Position numbers and translations under genes: made by a program
Source: Promethearchaeota archaeon
Lineage (GTDB): Archaea; Asgardarchaeota; Lokiarchaeia; Sigyniarchaeales; SOKP01
Reading direction: 5' to 3'
NCBI GenBank assembly: GCA_048940445.1
Contig: JBHLON010000039.1
Span: 1 to 27,843 of the forward strand
DNA: 27,843 nt
Notes under the pieces: generated by a model
The model's database searches: none
Told to the model about the DNA's origin: nothing
What the model saw: only the letters and a program-made list of their open reading frames with translations
Part shown: positions 14,762-24,519 of the stretch, in pieces
Layout: every line of letters begins with the position of its first letter
Numbering within the stretch: the stretch's first letter is position 1

Positions 14762-16492
14762 ATGACTCTTCTGGACATAGAACAAAAATATTTGAAAAGT
14801 CTAGAATTATCTTTAGGATTTCCTATTCCTGAAGTGTCAGAGATACATAGCTATACTATTGGTTACACATTAACAAATGGTCACATTTCGGGATTGAGTC
14901 TCTTCTCTTCTAATTTAAAGTTTCTCCCCGAAAAAATTAATGTTCTGAGCAATTTAAAGCAACTTCTTTTAAGGGGAAATCGGCTAAAAGTTATACCAGA
15001 AGAATTATCGTTTATTTTATCATTAAATAATTTAGACTTAAGTGAAAACAATTTAATCAAGCTACCTAAGGCGATTTTTTCACTTAATTCCTTAAAGGAG
15101 TTATCTTTAGAGGCTAATAAGTTAATATTTATACCCGATTCAATAGGATCTTTAAAATCTCTTGAGGTATTAGATTTAAGTGGCAATATAATTACTAACG
15201 TGCCTAATTCACTCTGTATATTGTCAAATTTAAAAATGTTGGATTTAAGTAGAAATCTACTACATGAACTTCCTGAAACGATTGGAGATTTGAGATCATT
15301 AGAAATATTGTATCTTAGCAACAATGATCTGACTAAACTTCCAGAATCAATTAGCTCATTAAAATCTTTAAAAAGGCTCAATTTGAGGAATAATCAATTA
15401 GAAAGGCTTCCAAATTCAATTGGAGATTTAGCTTCTTTATCTTCTTTATTTTTAAAAGGAAATAGATTATTAAGTCTTCCTGATTCAATTGGTAAGTTAT
15501 ACAACCTTAAATATTTAGGCTTATCTAATAATCAATTAAAAAGCTTACCTAAAGATATAGGTTCACTAAATTTATTAGAAAGTCTAAGTTTAGGATCGAA
15601 TTTTTTAACTGAAATTCCACATTCAATCAGTTCACTTAAGTCATTGCTAAAATTAGGGCTTTCAAATAATGATCTCAATTCTTTACCAGAGCTTTATAAT
15701 TTAATTTCTCTAAAAATTCTAAATCTAGAACGAAACAATTTAAAGAAAATTCCAAATTCAATTAAAAATCTTACTGCTCTTGAGACATTAAAATTGGATC
15801 GAAACGAACTCGAAGCTTTACCATCAGATATTAAATTCCTCAACTCATTAAAAGAACTCGATTTATTTGATAATAAATTAGAAAACATTCCAAATACTAT
15901 TGGTGATTTAAAATCTTTAGAAATTTTAGATTTAAGTAAAAATTTATTAAAAGATTTACCAGAGAGTTTGGGGTTATTATCATCACTAAAAGAATTAGAT
16001 ATTTCTAATAACAGATTAGAATGTTTACCTAATTCAATTGGGAAACTGTATATGTTAAAAAATTTTATACTAGGGTTTAATCGTTTGAATTCTATTCCGA
16101 AATCAGTTGGACAATTACAAAATTTAGAAACTTTAGATTTAGGAAAAAATCATTTAAACAGTGTCCCAGATACAATTGGGTCTCTAAAATCACTTAAAAG
16201 GTTGTATTTGTATTATAATGAAATAGATGATATCCCCGCATCTATTGGAAACCTTGAATCTTTAAAATATTTATATTTAGGAAATAACAACTTATCAAGA
16301 CTACCCAATTCTATTGGCAAACTCAAGTCTCTAAAATATTTATTCCTAAGGGCAAATAGTCTTTCTGAGTTACCAAGATCAATTGAATCCTTGCCCTCCC
16401 TTAAATATCTCAATATTGAAAAGAATAATGAAATCAAATTTCCTTTTATATTAGATAGATTAAAAGCTCAAGATGTAAAAGTTATTAAATAG
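14762..16492 (+). CDS. Stand-alone leucine-rich repeat protein (about 23 LRRs of 23 aa)
   Basis: Repeating LxxLxLxxNxLxxLPxSIGxL; short N-cap (EQKYLKSLELSLG...GYTLTNGHISGLSL); no TM or other domain. Confidence 0.95.
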   Translation: MTLLDIEQKYLKSLELSLGFPIPEVSEIHSYTIGYTLTNGHISGLSLFSSNLKFLPEKINVLSNLKQLLLRGNRLKVIPEELSFILSLNNLDLSENNLIKLPKAIFSLNSLKELSLEANKLIFIPDSIGSLKSLEVLDLSGNIITNVPNSLCILSNLKMLDLSRNLLHELPETIGDLRSLEILYLSNNDLTKLPESISSLKSLKRLNLRNNQLERLPNSIGDLASLSSLFLKGNRLLSLPDSIGKLYNLKYLGLSNNQLKSLPKDIGSLNLLESLSLGSNFLTEIPHSISSLKSLLKLGLSNNDLNSLPELYNLISLKILNLERNNLKKIPNSIKNLTALETLKLDRNELEALPSDIKFLNSLKELDLFDNKLENIPNTIGDLKSLEILDLSKNLLKDLPESLGLLSSLKELDISNNRLECLPNSIGKLYMLKNFILGFNRLNSIPKSVGQLQNLETLDLGKNHLNSVPDTIGSLKSLKRLYLYYNEIDDIPASIGNLESLKYLYLGNNNLSRLPNSIGKLKSLKYLFLRANSLSELPRSIESLPSLKYLNIEKNNEIKFPFILDRLKAQDVKVIK

Positions 16493-16563
16493 AATTTTAG
16501 TTTTTACAATTTTATGAAAACATCATTTCAAATTTGAAAACTAAAAAGCTTAAAATTTAAGAG

Positions 16564-16575
16564 ACTTATATAAGT
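16564..16575 (+). promoter_or_regulatory. Putative TATA box (palindromic ACTTATATAAGT) of the AOR gene
   Basis: TTATATAA about 30 nt upstream of ATG 16606; SD-like GAGGG also present. Confidence 0.45.
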
Positions 16576-16605
16576 ACATAATTAAGATATTTAGAGGGAA
16601 AAGAT

Positions 16606-18444
16606 ATGAAAGGATTTATTGGAAGATTATTAAAAGTTGATCTAACAACTAATAAAATCTCTGAGGAGTCTCTTAATGAAGAAATAGCAAAAGAATTTTT
16701 AGGAGCAACAGGTTATTGCGCAAGATATTTGTATGACAAAATAGACGGAGAAACAGATCCTCTGGATCCTGAGAATATTTTAATATTTATGACTGGACCT
16801 CTTTGTGGTTCGAATGCTCCTACAAGTGGAAGATTTTCAATATGTTCTAAATCACCTTATACACGAATTTGGGGAGAATCAATATGTGGTGGCTTTTTTG
16901 GACCAGAATTGCGAAAAGCTGGGTATGATGGAATAATAATTACCGGATCCTCACAAAATCCTGCTCTTTTAGAAATAACTGACGGTGAAGCCGAACTTAA
17001 GGATGCCTCCTTTATATGGGGAAAGGGAACTTTTGAAACTACTCAAATTCTTAAAGAAAAATCTGGTTCAAATTTAACAAGAATCGCATGCATTGGTCAA
17101 GCTGGTGAGAATCTAGTAAAATATGCAACTATTGCCTCCGAAGATAAAGCTGCTGGAAGAACAGGTATGGGGGCTGTAATGGGGTCAAAAAAATTGAAAG
17201 CAATAACCATTAGAGCCTCAAAAAGAGCATATGAACCAGCTTATCCTGAAAAATTTAAAGATGCTGTTAAAAAAGCTACAGAGGATATATTGGCTTCTTT
17301 TCCAACTCAAATGTTTGGGATTTTGGGCACCTCTGGAGGAGTGGATAAATATAACTCAGAGGGTGAATTACCGATAAAGTATTGGACTCTAGGTACATGG
17401 GATGGAGCATTTAATATTTCTGGAGCAACAGCATCGGAAAAATTATTTTCAAGAAATTATCCCTGTTTTTCATGCCCTATTGGCTGTGCTAAAAAAGCAA
17501 TGATAAAAGAAGGTGAATATAAAACCGATTATGAAATTGAAGCTGCTGAATATGAAACTGTTGTGAGTTTTGGATCCTTAATTCTTAATGATAATCTTGA
17601 ATCGATACAAAGAGCTAACTATTTATGCAATGATTTTGGATTAGACACGATTAGTGGTGGCAGTGCAATTGCTTTGATTTATTATTTATATAATAACGGA
17701 AAAGTAAACTCTTCTGATATTGATGGATTGGAACCAAAATGGGGAGATATTAAACCAGCATTAGAAATGATAAAGAAGATAGGAATTCGAAAAGGAATAG
17801 GTGATATTTTAGCAGAGGGCTCAGATGCAATAGGTAAAAAGTTTAACGTCTCTAGTGATCAAATTGCTACAGCTTATGGTATGGAAATACCTTACCATGA
17901 TCTAAGACGTTGTTTTGGAATGGCGATTGCTTATGGTATCTCACCAACAAGAGGACCTTGCCATATGGGCTGTGATGCATATTATGTGTTTCTAGGAGTT
18001 CCACTTCAAGAATTTGGTGTAAATTTAGACGTCGATTGGTATTCAGATGGGGAAGATATGGTAGAATCGTGTGCAAGAATTCAAGATTATAGATCAATAT
18101 ATAACTCATTAGTTTTATGTGGCTTTGCAAACCCTCCTCCTTCAATGATTATTGAAATGTTAAATACAGCAACAGGTTTAGACTTTGACCTTGAAAAATT
18201 CAAAATACTTGGTGAAAGAATCTTTATGATGAAACGGTTATTTAATTTAAAGATGGGGGTAACCCCTTCAGATGATAAGTTGCCTAAAATTGTTCTCGAT
18301 CCACTCAATGAAGGAGGTTCTGCTGGAAAAGCTCCAAATTTTGATAAGTTAAAATTAGCTTATTATAAATATAGGACATTTGATCCTAATACTGGATATC
18401 CAAGTAAAGAAAAATTAAAGAGCCTTGGTTTGGATAAACTCTAA
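16606..18444 (+). CDS. aor: Tungsten-type aldehyde:ferredoxin oxidoreductase family protein
   Basis: SKSPYT, AGYDGIIITG, GRTGMGAVMGSKKLKAI, CFSCPIGC ([4Fe-4S]), EYET, CNDFGLDTIS, MEIPYHD, SLVLC. Confidence 0.93.
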   Translation: MKGFIGRLLKVDLTTNKISEESLNEEIAKEFLGATGYCARYLYDKIDGETDPLDPENILIFMTGPLCGSNAPTSGRFSICSKSPYTRIWGESICGGFFGPELRKAGYDGIIITGSSQNPALLEITDGEAELKDASFIWGKGTFETTQILKEKSGSNLTRIACIGQAGENLVKYATIASEDKAAGRTGMGAVMGSKKLKAITIRASKRAYEPAYPEKFKDAVKKATEDILASFPTQMFGILGTSGGVDKYNSEGELPIKYWTLGTWDGAFNISGATASEKLFSRNYPCFSCPIGCAKKAMIKEGEYKTDYEIEAAEYETVVSFGSLILNDNLESIQRANYLCNDFGLDTISGGSAIALIYYLYNNGKVNSSDIDGLEPKWGDIKPALEMIKKIGIRKGIGDILAEGSDAIGKKFNVSSDQIATAYGMEIPYHDLRRCFGMAIAYGISPTRGPCHMGCDAYYVFLGVPLQEFGVNLDVDWYSDGEDMVESCARIQDYRSIYNSLVLCGFANPPPSMIIEMLNTATGLDFDLEKFKILGERIFMMKRLFNLKMGVTPSDDKLPKIVLDPLNEGGSAGKAPNFDKLKLAYYKYRTFDPNTGYPSKEKLKSLGLDKL

Positions 18445-18450
18445 AAAAAC

Positions 18451-18484
18451 TTTTCTTACTTTTTATTTTAATCTTTTTAATTTT
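18451..18484 (+). terminator. Putative archaeal oligo-T terminator after aor
   Basis: Several T-runs directly after the stop codon (TTTTCTTACTTTTTATTTTAATCTTTTTAATTTT). Confidence 0.35.
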
Positions 18485-18549
18485 AAATTTAATAGCTAAG
18501 AAATCTGATTTATTTAAAATTTAAATATTAGAGGGATTTAGATAACAAT

Positions 18550-20562
18550 ATGCCTAGCTTAAATACTATTAAAGTAAAATTATCTGATGAGTTACCTCCT
18601 AATCCTGCCTTTGAAGAAGGTATAAGAAGAGCTCCTAATCGTGGATATTACCTATCACGAAAAGAGACAGCATTAGCATTAAAAAATGCGTTGAGATATA
18701 TCCCTGAAAAGCTTCACTTAAAATTGATTCCAGAATTTTTAGATGAGTTGATTAAAAAGGGAAGAATTTATGGATATAGATATATGCCGCATAGAGAAAT
18801 AAAAGCTAAAGCTATAGAGGAGTATAAAGGGATTTTAGAAGCGCGAGCAATACAATTAATGATTGATAATAATTTAGATCCAAATGTGGCTTTATATCCA
18901 TATGAATTAGTAACATATGGGGAAAGTGGTCAAGTATGTCAAAATTGGATGCAATATCAATTGATAAAGAAATATCTTGAAATAATGAATGAAAATCAGA
19001 CTCTGGTAGTGATGTCAGGACATCCTTTAGGACTTTTCCCTAGTAAACGGGAAGCACCCAGAGTAATTATGACAAATGGTCTAATGGTTGGGATGTTCGA
19101 CACACCTCAAGATTTTCGATTATCGGCAGCATTAGGTGTTGCTAACTACGGACAAATGACTGCGGGTGGGTGGATGTATATAGGCCCTCAGGGGATAGTT
19201 CATGGCACATACATTACTTTACTTAATGCTGGAAGATTATATCTTAACATTTCTCCCAAAGAAGGTCTTAATGGAGTTTTATATTTAAGTTCTGGGCTAG
19301 GTGGTATGAGTGGTGCCCAAGCAAAGGCAGTTGAAATAGCTGGAGGTATAGGAGTATTAGCTGAAGTAGATATGTCACGAATTCAAACCAGGTATGAGCA
19401 AGGATGGGTTAGTAAAATATCGGACAATCTTGAGGAAATTTTTAAATTAGTTGATGAATATAGAAAGAAAGGTGAAACTATATCTATTGCATATCATGGT
19501 AATATAGTGGATATTTGGAAGTATGTAGTAGATAAAGATATAAAAGTTGAATTAGCATCAGATCAAACTTCTTGTCATGCAGTTTATGATGGAGGTTACA
19601 CTCCTATGGGAATGAGTTTTGAGGAAGGCAGAGAATTATTAAAATCTAATCGAGAAAAATTTGTTAGTCAAGTTAATGAATCATTGAAGGAACATTATAG
19701 ATTGATTAAAATAATGTCTCAGAGAGGCACAAAGTTTTGGGATTACGGCAATTCCTTTCTTAAAGCTGTTTACGACGCGGGGGTTAAAGATATAGCGATT
19801 AAAGGTGATCCTAAAAATGGGTTTATATTTCCCTCCTATGTACAAGACATTATGGGTCCCCTTTGTTTTGATTTAGGATATGGTCCATTTCGTTGGGTTT
19901 GTCTCTCTCTAAAACATTCAGATTTAATTAAAACAGACAAAGCCGCAGCATCTTGCATTGATCCAAACAGAAGAGCTCAAGATCGTGATAATTGGTTTTG
20001 GATAAAGAATGCTGAAAATAATAATTTAATTGTAGGGTCTCAAGCTCGTATATTATATGCTGATAGAGAAACTCGAATAAAAATAGCATTAACTTTCAAT
20101 AAGATGATTAGAGACGGAGAAATAGGTCCTATAATGTTAGGTCGAGACCATCATGATACAGGTGGAACAGATTCACCATTTAGAGAAACATCAAATATAC
20201 TAGATGGGAGTAATTTAATGTCAGATATGGCACATCATTGTTGGGCAGGTAATATAGCAAGAGGGATGACTATGTGCGTACTTTCTAACGGAGGAGGAGT
20301 TGGCACCGGGAAAGCTATAAATGGTGGCTTTGGATTAGTATTGGATGGTTCAGAAAGAGTGAATAATATTATTAAACTTGCAATTGATTGGGATGTTTCT
20401 TGTGGTGTAGCTCGGAGAGCTTGGGCGCGAAATGAAAATGCACTTGAAGCTGCAAAGGTATGGAACATGGAACATAAAGAGGGTTATATAACAATACCAT
20501 TTGTAGCTGACGATGATTTAGTGAATAATTTAATAGATGAATTCTTTAAAAGCAATAAATAA
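18550..20562 (+). CDS. hutU: Urocanate hydratase (long, about 670-aa form)
   Basis: LALKNALRY, MIDNNLD, ELVTYG, GQMTAGGWMYIGPQGIVHGT, GLGGMSGAQ, SDQTSCH, GYGPFRWVC, GRDHHD, SPFRET. Confidence 0.97.
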   Translation: MPSLNTIKVKLSDELPPNPAFEEGIRRAPNRGYYLSRKETALALKNALRYIPEKLHLKLIPEFLDELIKKGRIYGYRYMPHREIKAKAIEEYKGILEARAIQLMIDNNLDPNVALYPYELVTYGESGQVCQNWMQYQLIKKYLEIMNENQTLVVMSGHPLGLFPSKREAPRVIMTNGLMVGMFDTPQDFRLSAALGVANYGQMTAGGWMYIGPQGIVHGTYITLLNAGRLYLNISPKEGLNGVLYLSSGLGGMSGAQAKAVEIAGGIGVLAEVDMSRIQTRYEQGWVSKISDNLEEIFKLVDEYRKKGETISIAYHGNIVDIWKYVVDKDIKVELASDQTSCHAVYDGGYTPMGMSFEEGRELLKSNREKFVSQVNESLKEHYRLIKIMSQRGTKFWDYGNSFLKAVYDAGVKDIAIKGDPKNGFIFPSYVQDIMGPLCFDLGYGPFRWVCLSLKHSDLIKTDKAAASCIDPNRRAQDRDNWFWIKNAENNNLIVGSQARILYADRETRIKIALTFNKMIRDGEIGPIMLGRDHHDTGGTDSPFRETSNILDGSNLMSDMAHHCWAGNIARGMTMCVLSNGGGVGTGKAINGGFGLVLDGSERVNNIIKLAIDWDVSCGVARRAWARNENALEAAKVWNMEHKEGYITIPFVADDDLVNNLIDEFFKSNK

Positions 20563-20577
20563 TAAATATTAGTTCTT

Positions 20578-22092
20578 ATGATAGAAAAATTCAAATTTGG
20601 TCAAGATCGCTTAACTGTTGATATATTGTTAAAATTAGCAAGAGGAAACCTTCAAGGTATATTAACTGAGCAAACTAAATCAAAAATTAATAAAAGTTTT
20701 GAAGCAGTACAAGCAATTGCAAAAGGAGATAAACTTGTATACAGCATAAATACTGGTTTTGGATCTCTATGCACAACTAAAATTTCAAGAGATGAAACAA
20801 GGAAACTTCAAGAAAACTTACTTAAAAGCCATAGTGCGGGAATAGGAAATCCTGTAGATCAAGAGATTGCTAAATTAATGTTAATTATTAAGGTTCATAC
20901 TTTATCTAAAGGATATTCGGGTTGTTCTTTAGAACTAATTAGACGTATTATGTGGCATATAGAAAATAATTATATTCCTCTAGTACCCGAACAAGGTTCA
21001 GTTGGTGCTTCAGGGGATCTTGCACCTTTAGCGCATTCATTTTTACCATTGATAGGATTAGGTTTTCTATCGAAAGATGGAGAAAACTATCGACCATCTA
21101 AAGAAATATTAGATGAAAGTGGGTTAGAACCATTAAAGCTTCATGCTAAAGAAGGCGTTGCTCTGATTAATGGCACCCAATTCATATCAGCTTATGCTGT
21201 AAAGATAATTGAAAATTTTATTAATTGCATTGAGCATGCAGATATAATAGGAGCTACTACTCTCGAAGCATATTTAGGATCACCCCAACCTTTTGATGAA
21301 AGGTTGATAAATCTTAGACCACATCAAGGAGCCCAAATTGTTGCGAGAAATTTTAGAGAATTTCTAAAAGAATCCCAATTTGTAGAATCTCATAAGGATT
21401 GTGGAAGAGTACAGGATCCATATTCTATTCGGTGCATACCACAAGTCCATGGGGCTTCTAGAGATGCTTTAAGTCACTTAATTGAGAAAGTAGAATGTGA
21501 ATTAAATTCTGTAACAGATAATCCTATAGTTTTCAGTGAACATGATACTGTAAGCGGAGGAAACTTCCATGGTCAGCCACTTGCCTTACCATTAGATTAT
21601 GTAGGTCTAGCTGCATCTGAAATAGGAAACATTTCTGATCGTAGAATTTATCTTCTTTTAGAAGGAAAATGGGGTCTTCCTCCTTATCTCATCAAAGAAT
21701 CTGGACTAAATTCTGGTTTTATGATAGCACAATATATTTCAGCAGCTCTTGTAAGTGAGAATAAATCTATGTGTTTTCCTGCCAGCGCAGATAGTATTCC
21801 TACTTCAATGGGTCAAGAGGACCATGTTAGTATGGGCTCAATTAGTGCTAGAAAAACAATAAACATTGTAGAAAATCTTGAAAAAATTTTAGCAATTGAA
21901 CTTTTATGTGCTTCACAAGCTTTTGATTTTAGGAGACCATTGAAATCAAGTAAAATTTTAGAATCTTGCCACAGTTATATTCGAACAGTGATTCCTCATA
22001 TTCATAATGATGTAATTCTCTCAGAATATATAGAAGCAAGTTTGGATATTTTAAGAAGTAAAAAATTAATTGAATTAGTCAATCTAAGATAA
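20578..22092 (+). CDS. hutH: Histidine ammonia-lyase
   Basis: NTGFG, LLKSH, GSVGASGDLAPL (MIO-forming ASG), LINGT, QDPYSIRCIPQVHGA, GGNFHG, QEDHVSMG. Confidence 0.97.
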   Translation: MIEKFKFGQDRLTVDILLKLARGNLQGILTEQTKSKINKSFEAVQAIAKGDKLVYSINTGFGSLCTTKISRDETRKLQENLLKSHSAGIGNPVDQEIAKLMLIIKVHTLSKGYSGCSLELIRRIMWHIENNYIPLVPEQGSVGASGDLAPLAHSFLPLIGLGFLSKDGENYRPSKEILDESGLEPLKLHAKEGVALINGTQFISAYAVKIIENFINCIEHADIIGATTLEAYLGSPQPFDERLINLRPHQGAQIVARNFREFLKESQFVESHKDCGRVQDPYSIRCIPQVHGASRDALSHLIEKVECELNSVTDNPIVFSEHDTVSGGNFHGQPLALPLDYVGLAASEIGNISDRRIYLLLEGKWGLPPYLIKESGLNSGFMIAQYISAALVSENKSMCFPASADSIPTSMGQEDHVSMGSISARKTINIVENLEKILAIELLCASQAFDFRRPLKSSKILESCHSYIRTVIPHIHNDVILSEYIEASLDILRSKKLIELVNLR

Positions 22093-22105
22093 GCATATAG
22101 ATAAA

Positions 22106-23449
22106 ATGTATGTAACAACCACAGTACCAGTAAAAAAAACAAAAAGAAAGAGAGAATCATTAAGTTCTGTTATGAATAAAGGAAGTTCTCCAAGTTTGAT
22201 AATAATCCATGCAAATCAGTTAGTTACTTTAGATTCAAAATATGGCGTTCCACGAATAGGAGATCAAATGAAAGAGCTTGCAATCATAGAGGATGGAGCT
22301 ATCGCAGTTAGGGATAATATTATTGAATTTGTTGGGACTACTGAAGAGCTATATTCTTTTTTCAATATAAACAGAGATACGGTAATAATAGATGCAAAAA
22401 ATAGACTTGTTACTCCTGGATTTGTAGATCCTCACACTCATATTATCTTTGATGGTTCAAGAGAAGATGAATTAGAAATGAAACTAAATGGGTTGAGTTA
22501 TCTTGAAATTTTGAAAGAGGGTGGAGGGATTTTAAAAACAGTTAGAGCAACAAGAGAAGCAAGTTTGGAGAAATTAGTGGAGAATGGGAGAAAGATATTG
22601 GATCGTATGATAAAATTTGGCACTACTACGATTGAAACTAAATCAGGTTATGGTTTAGATGTAGAAAATGAAATTAAATCTCTAAGGGCAATTAAAATGT
22701 TAAACAACGAGCATCCAATTGATATTATTTCAACGTTTTTAGGAGCCCATATGATTCCAATAGAATTTAAAGATAAAAAAGAAGATTATGTAGATTTAAT
22801 AATATCGGAGATGATTCCTAAAATTGTTGATGAAGATTTAGCTGAATTTTGTGATGTATTTTGTGAGGAGGGGATTTTTTCGATTGAGGATGCAAGAAAA
22901 ATATTAACTATTGCTAAACATTTTGGTTTAAAACCTCTAATTCATGTTGATGAGATTTTTGATACAAACGGAGCCTTATTGGCAGCTGAATTAGATGTTA
23001 CTCAAGCTGGGCATCTTTTAAAATCGAATGACGATGGATTAAAAGCAATGGCTAAAGCGGGAGTAATAGCAACGCTCCTACCCGGAACACCTTTCTCATC
23101 AATGTTAAAGGAATATGCCCCTGCTAGAAAGATGATTGACTTTAGAATTCCGGTTGCCTTGGCAACAGATCTTAACCCCAATTGCTGGACAGAATCGATA
23201 CAAATGATAATGTCATTGGCTTGCTACAATATGAAGATGTTTCCTTCTGAAGCCTTAACTGCAACTACACTTAATGCTGCATGCGCAATCCAAAGACAAG
23301 ATGAAATAGGAAGTATTGAAATTGGTAAAAAAGCAGATATTTTAATTTTTAATATCCCTAACTTTAACTTCTTACCTTATCAATTTGGGATTAATTTAGT
23401 TGATAAAGTTATTAAAAATGGAAAAATAGTATGTAAAAATAATTTATAA
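22106..23449 (+). CDS. hutI: Imidazolonepropionase (start may be ATG 22172)
   Basis: PGFVDPHTH, GGGILKTVRATR, ETKSGYGL, FLGAH, CDVFCE, ALATDLNP. Confidence 0.96.
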   Translation: MYVTTTVPVKKTKRKRESLSSVMNKGSSPSLIIIHANQLVTLDSKYGVPRIGDQMKELAIIEDGAIAVRDNIIEFVGTTEELYSFFNINRDTVIIDAKNRLVTPGFVDPHTHIIFDGSREDELEMKLNGLSYLEILKEGGGILKTVRATREASLEKLVENGRKILDRMIKFGTTTIETKSGYGLDVENEIKSLRAIKMLNNEHPIDIISTFLGAHMIPIEFKDKKEDYVDLIISEMIPKIVDEDLAEFCDVFCEEGIFSIEDARKILTIAKHFGLKPLIHVDEIFDTNGALLAAELDVTQAGHLLKSNDDGLKAMAKAGVIATLLPGTPFSSMLKEYAPARKMIDFRIPVALATDLNPNCWTESIQMIMSLACYNMKMFPSEALTATTLNAACAIQRQDEIGSIEIGKKADILIFNIPNFNFLPYQFGINLVDKVIKNGKIVCKNNL

Positions 23450-23458
23450 TGATTTTAG

Positions 23459-24376
23459 CTAAAAATTAAAATAGTATTCTAATAAATGCTTTTCTTCAAG
23501 TTTAGGGGGATTCTGTAGCTGTAGATAATATTCTAAAGTATTAAGTGCAGCTCCAAGTGGTAGAACTCCCACTAATTCAGTACCTATTACATTAACTCCA
23601 TATCGTGCGGCCTCAATCCTTACAAGCTCAATTTGTCTATAAAGTGGAGTCTTTCTATAATTGATATTACTTATTCCAACTTGGACATAATCTTTTCCCT
23701 CTAACACAGTACCCATTGCTTTAACATTAACCAAACCGCCAGATCGTAAATGAATAGCCTTGGCAACTTTTTTAGCGATTTTCACATCTTTAGTTCCAAG
23801 GTTGATATTAAAACTGATGAGAGGTAATCTAGCTCCTGTGATCATCGCTCCTGCTGTTGGATGTAATTCTGAAGGCCCAAAATCAGGCTTACGTTCAGGA
23901 TCTAATTTAATAGCTTCTTTTAACCCCTCATATTCCCCTATTCTTATATTATCTATATTTTTTCTCTCTAATTTACGAGCAGATTCCTCATATAAATAAA
24001 TTGGAATGTTCTCTTTCACCATTATTTCAGCAAATTTTATAGATAAATCAATAGCTTCCTTTATTGTGACATTTTGAGCTGGAACAAATGGTACAACATC
24101 TACAGCACCGATTCTGGGGTGTTGTCCTTTATGTGTATTCATATCAATTAATTCGATTGCTTTCTTGGAAGCACTTATATTTGCTTTTAAGACAGCTTCT
24201 GGAGTTCCTAGAAAGGTTACTACAGCACGATTATAATCCTTATCATATTGTACATCTACAATTTTAGTATCTGGTGTTTCTTTAATTTTATTTACTATTC
24301 TATCAATTATACTAGCATCTTTTCCTTCACTATAATTGGGAACCGATTCTACAATTTTCTTCTTTGAACTTTCCAT
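23459..24376 (-). CDS. Glutamate formiminotransferase (FTCD transferase domain only, no cyclodeaminase)
   Basis: ESVPNYSEG, DKDYNRAV, HKGQHPRIGAVDVVPFVP, IRIGEYEGL, GARLPLISFNINL, ELVG; 305 aa. Confidence 0.93.
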   Translation of the reverse strand: MESSKKKIVESVPNYSEGKDASIIDRIVNKIKETPDTKIVDVQYDKDYNRAVVTFLGTPEAVLKANISASKKAIELIDMNTHKGQHPRIGAVDVVPFVPAQNVTIKEAIDLSIKFAEIMVKENIPIYLYEESARKLERKNIDNIRIGEYEGLKEAIKLDPERKPDFGPSELHPTAGAMITGARLPLISFNINLGTKDVKIAKKVAKAIHLRSGGLVNVKAMGTVLEGKDYVQVGISNINYRKTPLYRQIELVRIEAARYGVNVIGTELVGVLPLGAALNTLEYYLQLQNPPKLEEKHLLEYYFNF

Positions 24377-24519
24377 TTTAATTTCCTCATCAAAAAATTC
24401 TTAGTTAGTTTAAGATGAATGCAGTTATAATTAAGAATAATCCCTTCTCTTATAGCTTTTATTAGCGAAATTTTTAATATGATCTTCAAATTTATTTAGG
24501 ATACTTAATTTTTTATCTA

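Noticed and set aside
14881-16437. Antisense ORFs of 166, 64 and 74 aa within the LRR gene
   Set aside because: Shadow frames arising from the repetitive codon pattern; no independent motif.
22106-22171. NLS-like KKTKRKR in the HutI N-terminal extension
   Set aside because: The A-rich sequence makes Lys/Arg codons likely by chance, and the true start may be ATG 22172.
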